Shown: positions 63,675 through 64,000 of the stretch, in pieces
Layout: each line of letters opens with the position of its first letter
Position numbering within the stretch: the stretch's first letter is position 1
Source of the DNA: an uncultured Clostridia bacterium
GTDB lineage: Bacteria > Bacillota > Clostridia > Christensenellales > Borkfalkiaceae
Reading direction: 5' to 3'
DNA length: 64,000 nt
Assembly: GCA_947624005.1 (NCBI GenBank)
Contig: CANQHV010000007.1
Span: 2,059 to 66,058 of the forward strand
The notes under the pieces: generated by a model
Databases searched by the model: none
The model's input: the letters and a program-made list of their open reading frames with translations, nothing else
What the model was told of the DNA's origin: nothing
Translations under genes and position numbers: made by a program

Positions 63675-64000
63675 CTATTTTACGGGCAAATAGCCGCCCG
63701 CCATTAACAGACAAACACTTAAAAATATAGTCAGAATCGAACAAAGGCTTGTCCATACGACAAGTTGCGTGGCAAGCTGTTCGTCGTTTTTCATTTCTCC
63801 AGCCATTATCGCGCTCGATACCGCTACGGGCGAACCGAACAGTGCGACAAGCGCGGGAAACTCCGCCTGACCGAAGTTGACGACGCCCGTGAACTCGGTT
63901 AAAAGCACGGCAACCCCTACGCCTATAACGGGCGCGATTACAATACGCCAGCTTGTGCCCACTATTATTTCTTTAAGCATTCCCTTTACCGCCGAGAACT
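63675..64000 (-). CDS. AEC (auxin efflux carrier) family transporter, 3' part only (continues past the right edge)
   Basis: The C-terminal TM segments ..FGSPVAVSSAIMAGEMKNDEQLATQLVVWTSL.. resemble the conserved end of AEC-family permeases. The reading frame is open to the window edge. Confidence 0.55.
   Translation of the reverse strand, partial: FSAVKGMLKEIIVGTSWRIVIAPVIGVGVAVLLTEFTGVVNFGQAEFPALVALFGSPVAVSSAIMAGEMKNDEQLATQLVVWTSLCSILTIFLSVCLLMAGGYLPVK

Overview
Core-chromosome window from a Bacillota (Clostridia-like) genome. About 50 CDS are tightly packed, mostly on the minus strand, and many are linked by 1-17 nt overlaps. Left to right: comEB, groES-groEL, an A+T-rich lipoprotein cassette, a miaB-mutS-mutL-miaA-PLP enzyme operon and a class A PBP. 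Next is a ~14 kb argG-argC-argJ-argB-argD-argF-carA-carB-cysteine desulfurase-thiI string. Then come a YgjP-like peptidase, an acyl-ACP thioesterase, a membrane-anchored PadR with a flavodoxin-like gene, rny, and ftsK-rimO-pgsA-cinA-recA-nadE. These are followed by ilvC, a DUF815 ATPase, murC and spoVG. The dcw cluster is read on the minus strand as mraZ-rsmH-ftsL-pbp-murE-mraY-murD-ftsW-murA-ftsQ-ftsA-ftsZ. The window ends with murI, rpsT, tRNA-Arg(CCU), a flavodiiron protein and a truncated AEC transporter. I see no mobile elements, CRISPR arrays, rRNA, prophage or defence genes, and no convincing novel multi-gene system. The most unusual items are: (1) the carB ORF continues without a stop codon into a DapF-like domain whose first catalytic cysteine motif is replaced; (2) an unclassified ~190-nt structured leader with its own promoter and an intrinsic terminator, directly upstream of the A+T-rich lipoprotein gene; (3) an FtsA homologue with degenerate ATP-binding loops and no C-terminal membrane tail, next to an FtsZ with low-complexity extensions; (4) a PadR regulator fused to four transmembrane helices. 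All functional calls come from motif recognition by eye. No database search was run.
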